Shown: piece after piece, positions 1 through 8,688 of the stretch | Position numbering within the stretch: the stretch's first letter is position 1 | Layout of the letters: each line of letters starts with the position of its first letter | Virus record (IMG/VR): IMGVR_UViG_3300013020_000009 | Coordinates: 1 to 31,081 of that record | Strand: one strand, 5' to 3' | Origin: a virus | Lineage: Duplodnaviria; Caudoviricetes | Length of the DNA: 31,081 nucleotides | Notes under the pieces: model-generated | What the model saw: the letters and a program-made list of their open reading frames with translations, nothing else | Database searches by the model: none | What the model was told of the DNA's origin: nothing | Translations under genes and position numbers: made by a program

Positions 1-2
1 AT

Positions 3-716
3 GAAGTTACTGTTTCTGTTGAAACACGTAAAATGAGAAGTCAATGGACTCCTGAACTTGCTCAAGATGTTAGTGCTTTCCATAACATTGATGCTGAAGC
101 TGAGTTAACTGCTCTCCTTTCAGAGCAAATGGCTGCTGAAATCGACCGTGAGATTCTTCGTGATCTTCGTAGAGGTGCTGCTTGGACATTGCGTTGGGAT
201 TATAATGGATTGCGTAAGCAAACTAATACTTACTATGGTACTCAAAAAGATTGGAATCAAACATTGATTACTAAAATTAATCAAATCTCAGCACAAATCC
301 ATAAAGCTGTCCTTCGTGGTGGTGCATCTTGGATTGTTGTTTCTCCTGAGATTAGTGCAGTATTTGATGACCTTGAATACTTCCACGTAAGTAATGCTGC
401 TCCTGAACAGGATAAGTATAACATGGGTATTGAAAAGATTGGTACTCTTTCTGGACGTTACCAAGTATTCCGTGATCCTTATTCTCCTGCTGGAACAATG
501 TTGATTGGTCACAGAGGTAGAACAATACTTGAAAGTGGGTACGTGTACGCCCCGTACATACCTCTCCAGTTAACTCCTGTGATGTATAATCCATTCGATT
601 TTAAACCTATTAGGGGTATTATGACAAGATACGCTAAGAAGATGATTCTTAATCGTTATTATGGTCGTATCTTGTGTGATGGATTGCAAACATTTGGTAT
701 TGGTGACTTGAAATAG
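3..716 (+). CDS. gp23: Major capsid protein, T4 gp23 family (C-terminal part; 5' end lies outside the window)
   Basis: Frame is open from position 3 (EVTVSVETRKMRSQWTPELAQD...DAEAELTALLSEQMAAEIDREIL). Also has YAPYIPL and FKPIRGIMTRYA, all gp23 hallmarks. The ATG at 33 is internal. Confidence 0.95.
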   Translation, partial: EVTVSVETRKMRSQWTPELAQDVSAFHNIDAEAELTALLSEQMAAEIDREILRDLRRGAAWTLRWDYNGLRKQTNTYYGTQKDWNQTLITKINQISAQIHKAVLRGGASWIVVSPEISAVFDDLEYFHVSNAAPEQDKYNMGIEKIGTLSGRYQVFRDPYSPAGTMLIGHRGRTILESGYVYAPYIPLQLTPVMYNPFDFKPIRGIMTRYAKKMILNRYYGRILCDGLQTFGIGDLK

Positions 717-733
717 TCTTAGTTCTAATATAT

Positions 734-766
734 AAAAAGGGTGAGAATTAATTCTCACCCTTTTTT
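734..766. terminator. Bidirectional intrinsic terminator (perfect 32-bp palindrome)
   Basis: AAAAAGGGTGAGAATT|AATTCTCACCCTTTTT(T) between the convergent capsid and endonuclease genes, with A/T tails on both sides. Confidence 0.85.
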
Positions 767-2403
767 ATGATTTTTTCATACTTAAATTTACCACAATCCC
801 ATATTCGATCATATCCAATTTCCTGCATCATGTCCCATTCCGTTTTATTAATGTCAAAATAATTTGGATATTTTAATCTTAATTTATTTTTACCAAATCC
901 AAATTTATGTAATCGACCGCTTCTATGTGATTTTCTATAATAATATTTATAATCTGGTTTTAAAATATTAACACATTTAAATCCTAATTTAATATATAAA
1001 TTATCGTTTTGATTTGGAGTCCATCTTCTATCTGCAAAACTAATAATTCTATTAGGATTATATTGATTTATGAAAAAATTTAATAATTTAGAAGCCATTC
1101 CATTAATTACATAACCATTCTTCACAGCATACCTTGTTAATTCATATATATCATTAGTATGACCCTTAGATTTAGACATATTCCGTTTATTATCAAAACA
1201 CATAATAGAAACTAATTGGTTGTTATAATATGCACCAATACAAATTTTTGATTTAACGTTACCTTGTATGTGATTTTCATTTAAAAATTCTTTTTTTATA
1301 TCATTATCTATTTCATTAGAAATTATACATTTTCGAGCATGTATTTTTTTATTACATTTTTTCAATAAATATAATAATTTATTTTTAATAATTTCTTTTT
1401 TTTCTTCCCATTCATCTTCATGTAAATGGTATAAATTAATATTTTTCTTTGCTGCTATCAAAGTTTTATTTAAATGATAATTAAATGTTTTTTTACCATA
1501 AATTTCTGTATGATATAAATTCCCATTATATTCAATACCAATATTATATTCAGGTAAAAATAAATCAATTTCTAATCCATCTAAATATTTTCTTTTTGAT
1601 TGTTCTACTTTTATATTATTTTCTTCTAAGAATAATTTAATTTCATTTTCGGATTTAGAAGTTTTGCTTTTTTTTATAAATTTATTTGTATTTTTACTAA
1701 TAATACTTAATTTATCTTTAGTTCCCTTAGAAACTATATCATCATCACCATATTTTAATTTATATTCTGTAACATTCGTATTATGTTTTTTTAAATGAGT
1801 ATTATTAATAATTTTCATTTTTTTACCACAAATTTTACATTGAACTAAACCCATTTTAGAAATATCTTCATAATTTTTAAAATATTTTTCATCTTTTTTA
1901 TTATCTTTTAAATATTCTTCTATTGTTTTATTATGAATTTCTTTCAAATGTTTTTCATAAGCACCTGATTTATTATTTATATCTGTGGTAGTCCAATCAC
2001 AATAATAACATTTTTTAATTTCTTTTATTTTTTTATAAACGAATTCAAAATATTCATCATACCAATATTTTCCTGTTTTATATTCTAAGGATTTTCTTTT
2101 ATAGTTTGAGGGTATTTTAATATTATAATATTTTTTTAAATGATTTGTTATTGATCCTGATTTATTTTTATAATCATCAATAAAAATATTGGTTTTTAAA
2201 CATTTAGCAACAATATAAAAACCATCCCTTTCTGGATAATTCTCTTTAATTTTTTTATCAAATTCGTATGATTTTATAGTTTTTTGGATAAAAGTAAAAG
2301 AATAAGGATATTCTTCTTCTAATTTTCTCATTGAAACTCCAGAAATATATTTATTATATATTGCATTTTTTTCTTCTATATTGATATCTATTTTTTCTAA
2401 CAT
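748..2403 (-). CDS. Hef-like free-standing homing endonuclease: HTH + zinc fingers + Vsr/DUF559-type PD-(D/E)xK nuclease + C-terminal GNAT/Mom-like domain
   Basis: Fingers CYYC..HLKEIH and CKIC..HLKKH; nuclease motif SKSE..LEIDLFLPEYNIGIEYNGNLYH..HEDEW; C-terminal HARKC..NHIQG..YELTRY..ASKLL..ISFADRRW..LYIKLGF..RIWDCG. Confidence 0.75.
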   Translation of the reverse strand: MLEKIDINIEEKNAIYNKYISGVSMRKLEEEYPYSFTFIQKTIKSYEFDKKIKENYPERDGFYIVAKCLKTNIFIDDYKNKSGSITNHLKKYYNIKIPSNYKRKSLEYKTGKYWYDEYFEFVYKKIKEIKKCYYCDWTTTDINNKSGAYEKHLKEIHNKTIEEYLKDNKKDEKYFKNYEDISKMGLVQCKICGKKMKIINNTHLKKHNTNVTEYKLKYGDDDIVSKGTKDKLSIISKNTNKFIKKSKTSKSENEIKLFLEENNIKVEQSKRKYLDGLEIDLFLPEYNIGIEYNGNLYHTEIYGKKTFNYHLNKTLIAAKKNINLYHLHEDEWEEKKEIIKNKLLYLLKKCNKKIHARKCIISNEIDNDIKKEFLNENHIQGNVKSKICIGAYYNNQLVSIMCFDNKRNMSKSKGHTNDIYELTRYAVKNGYVINGMASKLLNFFINQYNPNRIISFADRRWTPNQNDNLYIKLGFKCVNILKPDYKYYYRKSHRSGRLHKFGFGKNKLRLKYPNYFDINKTEWDMMQEIGYDRIWDCGKFKYEKIIKKGEN

Positions 2404-2425
2404 TAATTACATTTTAAAATTTTTA

Positions 2426-2456
2426 CAAAAATAAATAATTTATTCAATTAAACAAA
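2426..2456 (-). promoter_or_regulatory. Bacteroidetes housekeeping-sigma promoter for the endonuclease gene
   Basis: Minus strand TTTG (2453-2456), 19-nt spacer, TATTTTTG (2426-2433), matching the -33/-7 consensus TTTG...TAnnTTTG. Confidence 0.7.
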
Positions 2457-2485
2457 AAAATCCTGTCAATATATATCAACAGGAT
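2454..2485 (-). terminator. Intrinsic terminator after the 139-aa membrane protein gene
   Basis: Minus strand AUCCUGU-UGAUAUAUAUUG-ACAGGAU stem (extendable by G.U pairs) followed by a U-run. Confidence 0.7.
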
Positions 2486-2506
2486 CTAAATTTTAAGAAT
2501 TAAATT

Positions 2507-2926
2507 TTAATATATAAAAAATCCAATAAAAAATAAAACAAAATACCAAATAGCTAATAAAGGAATTTTATATTTTCTTGGTTTAGCATCTATTTTAGAC
2601 ATCCAATAAATCCACTTATCATACCATTTATCGGTCGTACCAACATAGTAGTAGGGTAATCCTCTATGTTTATTATAAACAACGTTAAAACCGCCCAAAT
2701 ACATCAAAATACATGAGAATATAGATATTAATGTTATTGAATCATAATATTGCCATGTAAGAACAACACTAAGAAACCAAAACACTCTTAATAATAATTC
2801 ATATGTGTGATTTCTTTTTTTTGTATTATCAATTTCAGCATCACCTTTTGCATCAAAATAAATTGTCCCTAAAAAGAACAATTTTAATATCAACATAATT
2901 ATTAAATCGAAATTTCCTTGTATCAT
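2507..2926 (-). CDS. Hypothetical integral membrane protein (3-4 TM segments)
   Basis: Hydrophobic runs LIIMLILKLFFLGTIYF, LLLRVFWFLSVVLTW, ITLISIFSCILMYLGGF, IPLLAIWYFVLFFIGFFIY. Confidence 0.7.
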   Translation of the reverse strand: MIQGNFDLIIMLILKLFFLGTIYFDAKGDAEIDNTKKRNHTYELLLRVFWFLSVVLTWQYYDSITLISIFSCILMYLGGFNVVYNKHRGLPYYYVGTTDKWYDKWIYWMSKIDAKPRKYKIPLLAIWYFVLFFIGFFIY

Positions 2927-2931
2927 ATTAT

Positions 2932-3423
2932 TTATTTTAAATTTTTATCAGCCCAATCTTTAAATTCATATGGATTTAAAAACGGATCTATATTATATTT
3001 TCCTGTGGAATTTAAAAATCTTATAGCATGTTCATAACAATATGTTTTACGACTAGTTTTACTACCATACCATTTACCAAAAATAATTTTAACTAAATGC
3101 CACCAAAAGTTTTCAAATTCATATGGGGTTTCTTCAGCATTTTTCAAATAATTTAAACCCTTTTCATATTCTTCATCTGACAACTCTAAATTATAATCCA
3201 AGTATTTAAAATATTTTCCATTAAATTTTCTTAAGTAATCAATCCATAATCTAGTTTTGACACCCTCAGATATAGCACCAGATGTTTCATCACCAAATCT
3301 AATTTCTACATGATTGTAACATTTTCTGGTTTTTAATCCTCTTAATACAGCCCATAACCACATACCAATATGAATTGCTATGGCAGATATGTTTTTTGTT
3401 CTAATAATTGTAATTGACTTCAT
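2932..3423 (-). CDS. Permuted papain-like NlpC/P60 enzyme (YiiX/YaeF-like amidase/acyltransferase)
   Basis: His-before-Cys order: YNHVEI ... PYEF ... TYCYEH ... LNPYEF, as in permuted NlpC/P60 (SHV ... YCSE ... P). Confidence 0.65.
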   Translation of the reverse strand: MKSITIIRTKNISAIAIHIGMWLWAVLRGLKTRKCYNHVEIRFGDETSGAISEGVKTRLWIDYLRKFNGKYFKYLDYNLELSDEEYEKGLNYLKNAEETPYEFENFWWHLVKIIFGKWYGSKTSRKTYCYEHAIRFLNSTGKYNIDPFLNPYEFKDWADKNLK

Positions 3424-3435
3424 AACTATTTTTTA

Positions 3436-3445
3436 TATAAATAGA
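3436..3445 (-). promoter_or_regulatory. Putative late promoter (TCTATTTATA)
   Basis: Variant of the recurring ACTATTTATA motif, 12 nt upstream of the ATG at 3423. Confidence 0.55.
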
Positions 3446-3458
3446 TTTATTAAATAAA

Positions 3459-4943
3459 TTATTTTTCATCAGTCCAATTATTATCATAAATTAATTCTTT
3501 TTTTGCTCTAGTTATAGCTACATATGCTAAATTTTTTTCTTGTTGTACTTCCCATGCCTTTTGAACTTTTTTCATTGGTAATAAATCAGGTCTAACAATA
3601 AATACTCTATCTGACTCTAGACCTTTACTTTTATGTACAGTACTAAGAATAATACCCTCAACTTTATCAGTAAAAATATGTTGAATTTTTAATTTTAAAT
3701 CATTAATGTCTTTAGATATTTTACCAATAAATAATAAGGTTAAAACTTTATCTTCTAATGCAGTGTAAGTTGAATCATCTTCAATATTAATAATACCTTT
3801 ACTTAATAAATTACTTTTATAAATATTTAATTTTTCATCCCAAATAGATTTAAGTTGGTCTACTGTTTTTGCATCACCAATCATATCTATCAACGAATCA
3901 CCTATTTCAGCACCTTTAATTGTAACTTTCTTTTCTTTTATTAGAAATTGAAAAAACAATTTAACTAATGGCATTGTTGTTCTACATAAAATAAAATCAC
4001 CACTCTGTGCTTCTTTTAATACATCACCTTCTCTTACAACACCATCAATAGCAGTATCTAATGCTTTAATATCTGGTACATATTGTTGTGCATGTTTTAC
4101 AATATTTTTTGCACATCTGAATGTTGTTGATAAACTTAGTTTTTTTGTGTTTGGTAATTCTCTATACCAATCGAATGTTTTATCATTAATTCCAGTAAAC
4201 GAATAAATAGATTGATTTTTATCACCAATTAAAATAAGTCTACCAATTCTTTTACCTGTTTTGCGATCTTTTTTAACCATTTTATCAATCATCATTTGTT
4301 GAGCACGATTCAAATCTTGAATTTCGTCAACATAAACATAATCATAAGGAATTAAAAAAAGTTTATTATCGATTGCAGGTAAAAACACCATATCATTATA
4401 ATCTATTGTTTTAATATCATTCATTGATTCTTCTAAGACCATAAATACACGCTTAATGTCTTTATCAGATGAATATTTAATATTATAACGATCACAAAGA
4501 AAAGGAACAAATCTCTTTTTCGTTGTTAATGTAACCTTACATAAACCGACTAATCTTTTAATACTTTTAAGATAATCATTTATTTCATCTTCAGAAGAAA
4601 ATTCATTATGTAAATACCATTTACCTTTCTTTTTATTTATTATTTTATCTATTTTAAATTCATCAAAATCAACTTCTTTATATTTTCTAATAATAGAACC
4701 ATAACCAATTCCGTGCAATGTTTGTGTTTTAATTTCTTTTGGTAATTTTTCTTTCAATTCATCTTTAATATGTGTATTAAAAGCCAAAAATAATTTAGAT
4801 TTACCATCTGGAATATATTTCAATGATTCTATTGCTGTTGTTGTTTTTGCACATCCAGCAAATGCTTCAATAAGAATATTACCAAATCCATTTTTAATTT
4901 CATTAAAAAATAATTGTTGTTCTCTAGTCGGTTTAAATTCCAT
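3459..4943 (-). CDS. UvrD/Rep-like superfamily 1 DNA helicase
   Basis: Motifs AFAGCAKTTT (I), LAFN (Ia), VDEIQD (II), GDKNQSIYSF (III), TFRC (IV), STVHKSKGLE (V), LAYVAITRAK (VI). Confidence 0.92.
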   Translation of the reverse strand: MEFKPTREQQLFFNEIKNGFGNILIEAFAGCAKTTTAIESLKYIPDGKSKLFLAFNTHIKDELKEKLPKEIKTQTLHGIGYGSIIRKYKEVDFDEFKIDKIINKKKGKWYLHNEFSSEDEINDYLKSIKRLVGLCKVTLTTKKRFVPFLCDRYNIKYSSDKDIKRVFMVLEESMNDIKTIDYNDMVFLPAIDNKLFLIPYDYVYVDEIQDLNRAQQMMIDKMVKKDRKTGKRIGRLILIGDKNQSIYSFTGINDKTFDWYRELPNTKKLSLSTTFRCAKNIVKHAQQYVPDIKALDTAIDGVVREGDVLKEAQSGDFILCRTTMPLVKLFFQFLIKEKKVTIKGAEIGDSLIDMIGDAKTVDQLKSIWDEKLNIYKSNLLSKGIINIEDDSTYTALEDKVLTLLFIGKISKDINDLKLKIQHIFTDKVEGIILSTVHKSKGLESDRVFIVRPDLLPMKKVQKAWEVQQEKNLAYVAITRAKKELIYDNNWTDEK

Positions 4944-4956
4944 GTTTTTTTATTTG

Positions 4957-4964
4957 CAAATATA
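4957..4964 (-). promoter_or_regulatory. Bacteroidetes-type -7 element for the helicase gene
   Basis: TATATTTG on the minus strand, 13 nt upstream of the ATG; -33 element weak. Confidence 0.6.
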
Positions 4965-5017
4965 ACACCTTTTATGAAGATATAAAAGAAATACCCAATT
5001 AAATTATAAAAATAATA

Positions 5018-5027
5018 ACTATTTATA
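5018..5027 (+). promoter_or_regulatory. Putative late promoter ACTATTTATA (neck operon)
   Basis: Same motif recurs before every plus-strand transcription unit whose start lies in the window. Confidence 0.7.
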
Positions 5028-5043
5028 TATAAAACATTCAATT

Positions 5044-6168
5044 ATGAGTAATTTTATTGATACAAAAGATAAAAACAAATTATATCTTCATGTTAAACAT
5101 GAATTGGGTTATCCATTTAGACCTTTTGAAGTTACGGACGAAATGTTGGATTCTTATTTAGAAATGAGTTTAGAAGATTACTCATCTATTGTTAATAATT
5201 GGTTGATTGAACAACAATGGGTAAATCTCCAAAATATGGATATTGATAAAGGTGATTTCTTTAATGCTTTTGTGACTAAATCAAATGATTTTATGGAATC
5301 ATTTACTTATGCATATTCAAAACAAGTTGGTTTAGGAACAAATGCTCCTGCATCCAGAGGATGGGAATTAAAAAGAGACTATATAACTATTAGTGGTGAT
5401 ACTCAACATTATATTATACCTAAAAATAGAGAAGTAAATGAAGTTTTATGGGCTACACCACCGTCAATAGATCAAGGAATGATGGCTCCTTTTGCTGTTA
5501 GTAATTGGAGTGCTGGTCAATTTGGATGGGGTTATATGGGTAGACCTGCTCAATATGTTCAACCAACATATTCATTATTAATGGCTGCACAAGATAGACG
5601 TATGAAACAAAGAATTTTACAATCAGAATTAACATATAAAATAACTGGTTTAGAATCTGGAGAAAAATTATTACATCTATATCCTGTTCCGGGTAGTAGA
5701 TATGAAATTAAAAGTAAATTCGGAAAACATTTTAGTGGTACTAAGGTATGGTATTGGTATTATGATACAGATAAAAATAATTTAGAGGATTGTTTAAAAG
5801 AAAACCCTGATGTTGTTAGATTACCATCTGATGTTCCAATAGATAATTTATATTGGAAAAAATTAAACACTGTTGCTAGAAGACATGTTCGTGAATTATT
5901 AGTTGCAAAAGTTAAGATAGTTATTGGTGGTGTTAGAGGGTTTTTTAGTGGTGATGTCTCATCAACAGATGCAAAACAATTAACTATGGATTATAGACAT
6001 TTGTTAGATGAAGGAGAAAAATTAAGAGAGAGTATTTTTGAAGAGATTCGTAATAGTTTAGAGAAAATGAGTTTAGTTAATCTCAGTAAAGATCGGGCTG
6101 ATATAGCTGAAAATGTAAATAGACAAATGGGATATCAACCAATGCCAAATCCATTTATAACTATGTAA
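5044..6168 (+). CDS. gp13: Neck protein, T4 gp13-like
   Basis: N-terminal VKHELGYPFRPFEVTDEMLDSYLEMSLEDY and C-terminal LTMDYRHLLDEGEKLRE resemble gp13 (LG.P...VELT..Q..D; ..G..L..EA); gp14-like gene follows. Confidence 0.8.
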   Translation: MSNFIDTKDKNKLYLHVKHELGYPFRPFEVTDEMLDSYLEMSLEDYSSIVNNWLIEQQWVNLQNMDIDKGDFFNAFVTKSNDFMESFTYAYSKQVGLGTNAPASRGWELKRDYITISGDTQHYIIPKNREVNEVLWATPPSIDQGMMAPFAVSNWSAGQFGWGYMGRPAQYVQPTYSLLMAAQDRRMKQRILQSELTYKITGLESGEKLLHLYPVPGSRYEIKSKFGKHFSGTKVWYWYYDTDKNNLEDCLKENPDVVRLPSDVPIDNLYWKKLNTVARRHVRELLVAKVKIVIGGVRGFFSGDVSSTDAKQLTMDYRHLLDEGEKLRESIFEEIRNSLEKMSLVNLSKDRADIAENVNRQMGYQPMPNPFITM

Positions 6169-6183
6169 TTATATAATTAATTT

Positions 6184-6720
6184 ATGAGTAGAAAAAAGAA
6201 AAATATTGATTTTGAAAGTAATAGATATGGTTTATTTATGAGTGATGAATCATATAAATTAGAAATGATGTATGGTAGACATTATTTAAATACAGATATT
6301 AAACACGATATACTATTATATAAAATAAATGTTATAAAATCAAAATCTAATGATTTATATGGTCAATCAAAACCAAAAGATAAATCATATTTAACACCAG
6401 TTCAATTAACTGGTTTCATTAGAATTGATGATTCTCAACAATCTACTTATGGTGATGAATCAGGGGTTGTTAGAGATGATTCTGGTAACTTAATATTTAA
6501 TGTCTATTTAGATGAATTAAAAGAAAAGAATATTGATTTTGATAGAGGTGATATTATTGAATATAATATGGGTGGGGATTTTGCTAGATATTATGAAGTA
6601 TTCAATGCTAATAATGTTGTTGATACTACTTCTAATAGTATTGGTGGATTTAGACCATATTATAAGAAAGTTGAAGCCTTACCAGTTAAGGAAGATCTCA
6701 CGCATTTATTAAAAGTTTGA
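6184..6720 (+). CDS. gp14: Neck/head-closure protein, T4 gp14-like
   Basis: Follows gp13; NDLYGQ ... RGDIIEY ... YYEV pattern typical of gp14-like proteins. Confidence 0.65.
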   Translation: MSRKKKNIDFESNRYGLFMSDESYKLEMMYGRHYLNTDIKHDILLYKINVIKSKSNDLYGQSKPKDKSYLTPVQLTGFIRIDDSQQSTYGDESGVVRDDSGNLIFNVYLDELKEKNIDFDRGDIIEYNMGGDFARYYEVFNANNVVDTTSNSIGGFRPYYKKVEALPVKEDLTHLLKV

Positions 6721-7230
6721 TTTTTTGGTATATAATTCAAAATCATAAATTAAATCATTGTGTCTACCAGATGCAATGATTTTTTTATTATGAGTTGTTA
6801 TTTCTATATTAGGAAAATAAGTATCTCCTGTAAAAATATTTTTTAATTGTGTCATATATATCTTATCGTATAATTCGTTTTTTATAAAATAATCATAGAT
6901 CATACTTCCACCAATAATAAATATTTCTTTATTATTTTTAAATGAATTAATAAATTTAAATAATGCATCAAATGAATCAACAAAATATAAATTATTGTAT
7001 TCTTTACTTATATCATATAATTCATATTTTCTACTTAGAACAATATTAATCCTATTCGATAATGGTTTACCTATTGATTCAAATGTTTTTCTACCCATAA
7101 CAACAATATTATTCTTTGTTATGTTTTTAAAATATTTTAAATCTTCTGGTATATACCATAATAAAGAATTATTATTACCTATAACATTATTTTCAGATTT
7201 AGCTACGATTATATTGTATTTTCTATTCAT
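6709..7230 (-). CDS. folA: Dihydrofolate reductase
   Basis: IVAKSENNVIG..LLWYIPEDLKYFK..VVMGRKTFESIGKPLSNRINIVLSR..IFIIGGSMIY..GDTYFP. Confidence 0.97.
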   Translation of the reverse strand: MNRKYNIIVAKSENNVIGNNNSLLWYIPEDLKYFKNITKNNIVVMGRKTFESIGKPLSNRINIVLSRKYELYDISKEYNNLYFVDSFDALFKFINSFKNNKEIFIIGGSMIYDYFIKNELYDKIYMTQLKNIFTGDTYFPNIEITTHNKKIIASGRHNDLIYDFELYTKKSNF

Positions 7231-7466
7231 AATTCAACATCAAAATATTTTTTCTTTAAATCAATCAATTTCTTTTTTATTAATTCATGTTTTTTTTCAT
7301 CGTATAAATTTAAAGAGTGTCCATAATCAATATATATAGTTATAATAAAAGATATTAATTCTATTTCAGATTTAGATAATAATTTAGTTTTTTTTAAAAT
7401 AAATAATATTATAAGTACTAATACAAGTATTATAATTGTTAATATTAACATTATTATATAATCCAT
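7227..7466 (-). CDS. Small hypothetical protein with N-terminal membrane anchor
   Basis: YIIMLILTIIILVLVLIILFIL followed by KKTK; 4-nt overlap with the DHFR start. Confidence 0.65.
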   Translation of the reverse strand: MDYIIMLILTIIILVLVLIILFILKKTKLLSKSEIELISFIITIYIDYGHSLNLYDEKKHELIKKKLIDLKKKYFDVEL

Positions 7467-7486
7467 TTATTCTTCTATTTAAACAA

Positions 7487-7517
7487 CAAAAATATTAAAT
7501 TAAAACATAATAAACAA
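7487..7517 (-). promoter_or_regulatory. Bacteroidetes-type promoter for the membrane protein-DHFR pair
   Basis: Minus strand TTG (7515-7517), 20-nt spacer, TATTTTTG (7487-7494). Confidence 0.65.
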
Positions 7518-7526
7518 CTATTTATA
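7517..7526 (+). promoter_or_regulatory. Putative late promoter ACTATTTATA
   Basis: 15 nt upstream of the ATG at 7542. Confidence 0.7.
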
Positions 7527-7541
7527 AAAAAATAATCAACA

Positions 7542-7844
7542 ATGAATTTAAAAGAAGTAATTGAAGAGGAATTTGAAAAAACCCAAACAGATTATCCAGA
7601 TTTGATAGGTAAAACGTTAAGGTTAACAACCACTATAGAAACAAAATTTCGTGTAAAAAAGATTTTCTACCATGAAAAAAATGATCCAAACAATATAATT
7701 TTATATGGTAATCTTATTAGAGGTAATAATGAACATAGTGGAGAATCACTAAGAGTACCATTAGATAAATTTAAAAGGTTTTATAAAGAAAAGTATACTA
7801 CTTGGAAAAGGAATGATTTTGAATATCAGGAATTGCAGTATTAA
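7542..7844 (+). CDS. Hypothetical late protein (possible internal head protein)
   Basis: Has its own late-type motif, fills the gap between minus-strand genes, and starts MNLKEVIEEE. Confidence 0.65.
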   Translation: MNLKEVIEEEFEKTQTDYPDLIGKTLRLTTTIETKFRVKKIFYHEKNDPNNIILYGNLIRGNNEHSGESLRVPLDKFKRFYKEKYTTWKRNDFEYQELQY

Positions 7845-8674
7845 ACAGCAATTTCCAATTCACTATCCAATTTAGTTATCCCATCAATATTTTCAATTAT
7901 AAAATCATCTATGGTAAAATCATAAAAATTTTTATTTTCTTTTAATTTAATTGATGGTTGTTTATCTAATGATTGTTTGGTTAATATTTCAAATAAAGCA
8001 TTCATATGTCGATCATAAACATGTAAATTCTGAGTTAAATGACAAAACTTACCAACTTTATAATTTAAATGAGAAGCAATCATCATTTGAAGTGCTACAT
8101 ATTGAATTTTATTGATATAACCAGCCATAATATAATCATTAGACCTTTGAATTAAAGTCATATCTAAATAAAATTCATCATTAATTTTTCTAACACTCCA
8201 TAATGTTTCATAAGCACAAGGATCTAGACCCTTTGTTTCTTCTAAATCATTATATTGATACATATTCATAATATGTCTTCTACCAAAAGGATTTTCTTTT
8301 AATGATTTCAATAACTTATTGATTAAATCATATCTTTTTATAGTTGCTCCATACCTCTGACCAATACTATTTGTATTATTAACTTGCCACTCATCCCACC
8401 ATTTTATGCCAAGATCGTGAGCAACATTTAAATCATTAGATTGCTTTTGATATATCCATAAAATTTCTTTAATTCCAGTTTTTATAGCTGTATTTCTAAG
8501 AGTTGTTAAAGGAAATTCACCCTTAGATATGTCATATTCTTCAAAAACCTGTGTAATAAATTTTGTATGTGCAGGTGTACCATCTTTATATTTAGGTCTA
8601 GGGTTTTCATCCCAAACACCATCATTAATTATTTTTGTTAATTTTTCCCTATAATATTTATCTGCTTTAATCAT
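7841..8674 (-). CDS. thyA: Thymidylate synthase (ThyA)
   Basis: RRHI..LDPCAY (catalytic Cys)..QRSND..YINKIQY (dUMP-specifying Asn)..NLHVYDRH. Confidence 0.96.
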   Translation of the reverse strand: MIKADKYYREKLTKIINDGVWDENPRPKYKDGTPAHTKFITQVFEEYDISKGEFPLTTLRNTAIKTGIKEILWIYQKQSNDLNVAHDLGIKWWDEWQVNNTNSIGQRYGATIKRYDLINKLLKSLKENPFGRRHIMNMYQYNDLEETKGLDPCAYETLWSVRKINDEFYLDMTLIQRSNDYIMAGYINKIQYVALQMMIASHLNYKVGKFCHLTQNLHVYDRHMNALFEILTKQSLDKQPSIKLKENKNFYDFTIDDFIIENIDGITKLDSELEIAV

Positions 8675-8688
8675 AAATTTTTATTTTA

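Noticed and set aside
288-758. Three short minus-strand ORFs (288-512, 352-594, 570-758)
   Set aside because: Antisense shadows of the capsid gene with no motifs or promoter.
4829-5041. 70-aa minus-strand ORF
   Set aside because: Overlaps the helicase start out of frame and runs through both promoters; low-complexity translation.
7841-8674. ThyA as a dCMP hydroxymethylase for modified DNA, or an intron-containing td gene
   Set aside because: Keeps the dUMP-specifying Asn, has DHFR nearby, and is uninterrupted.
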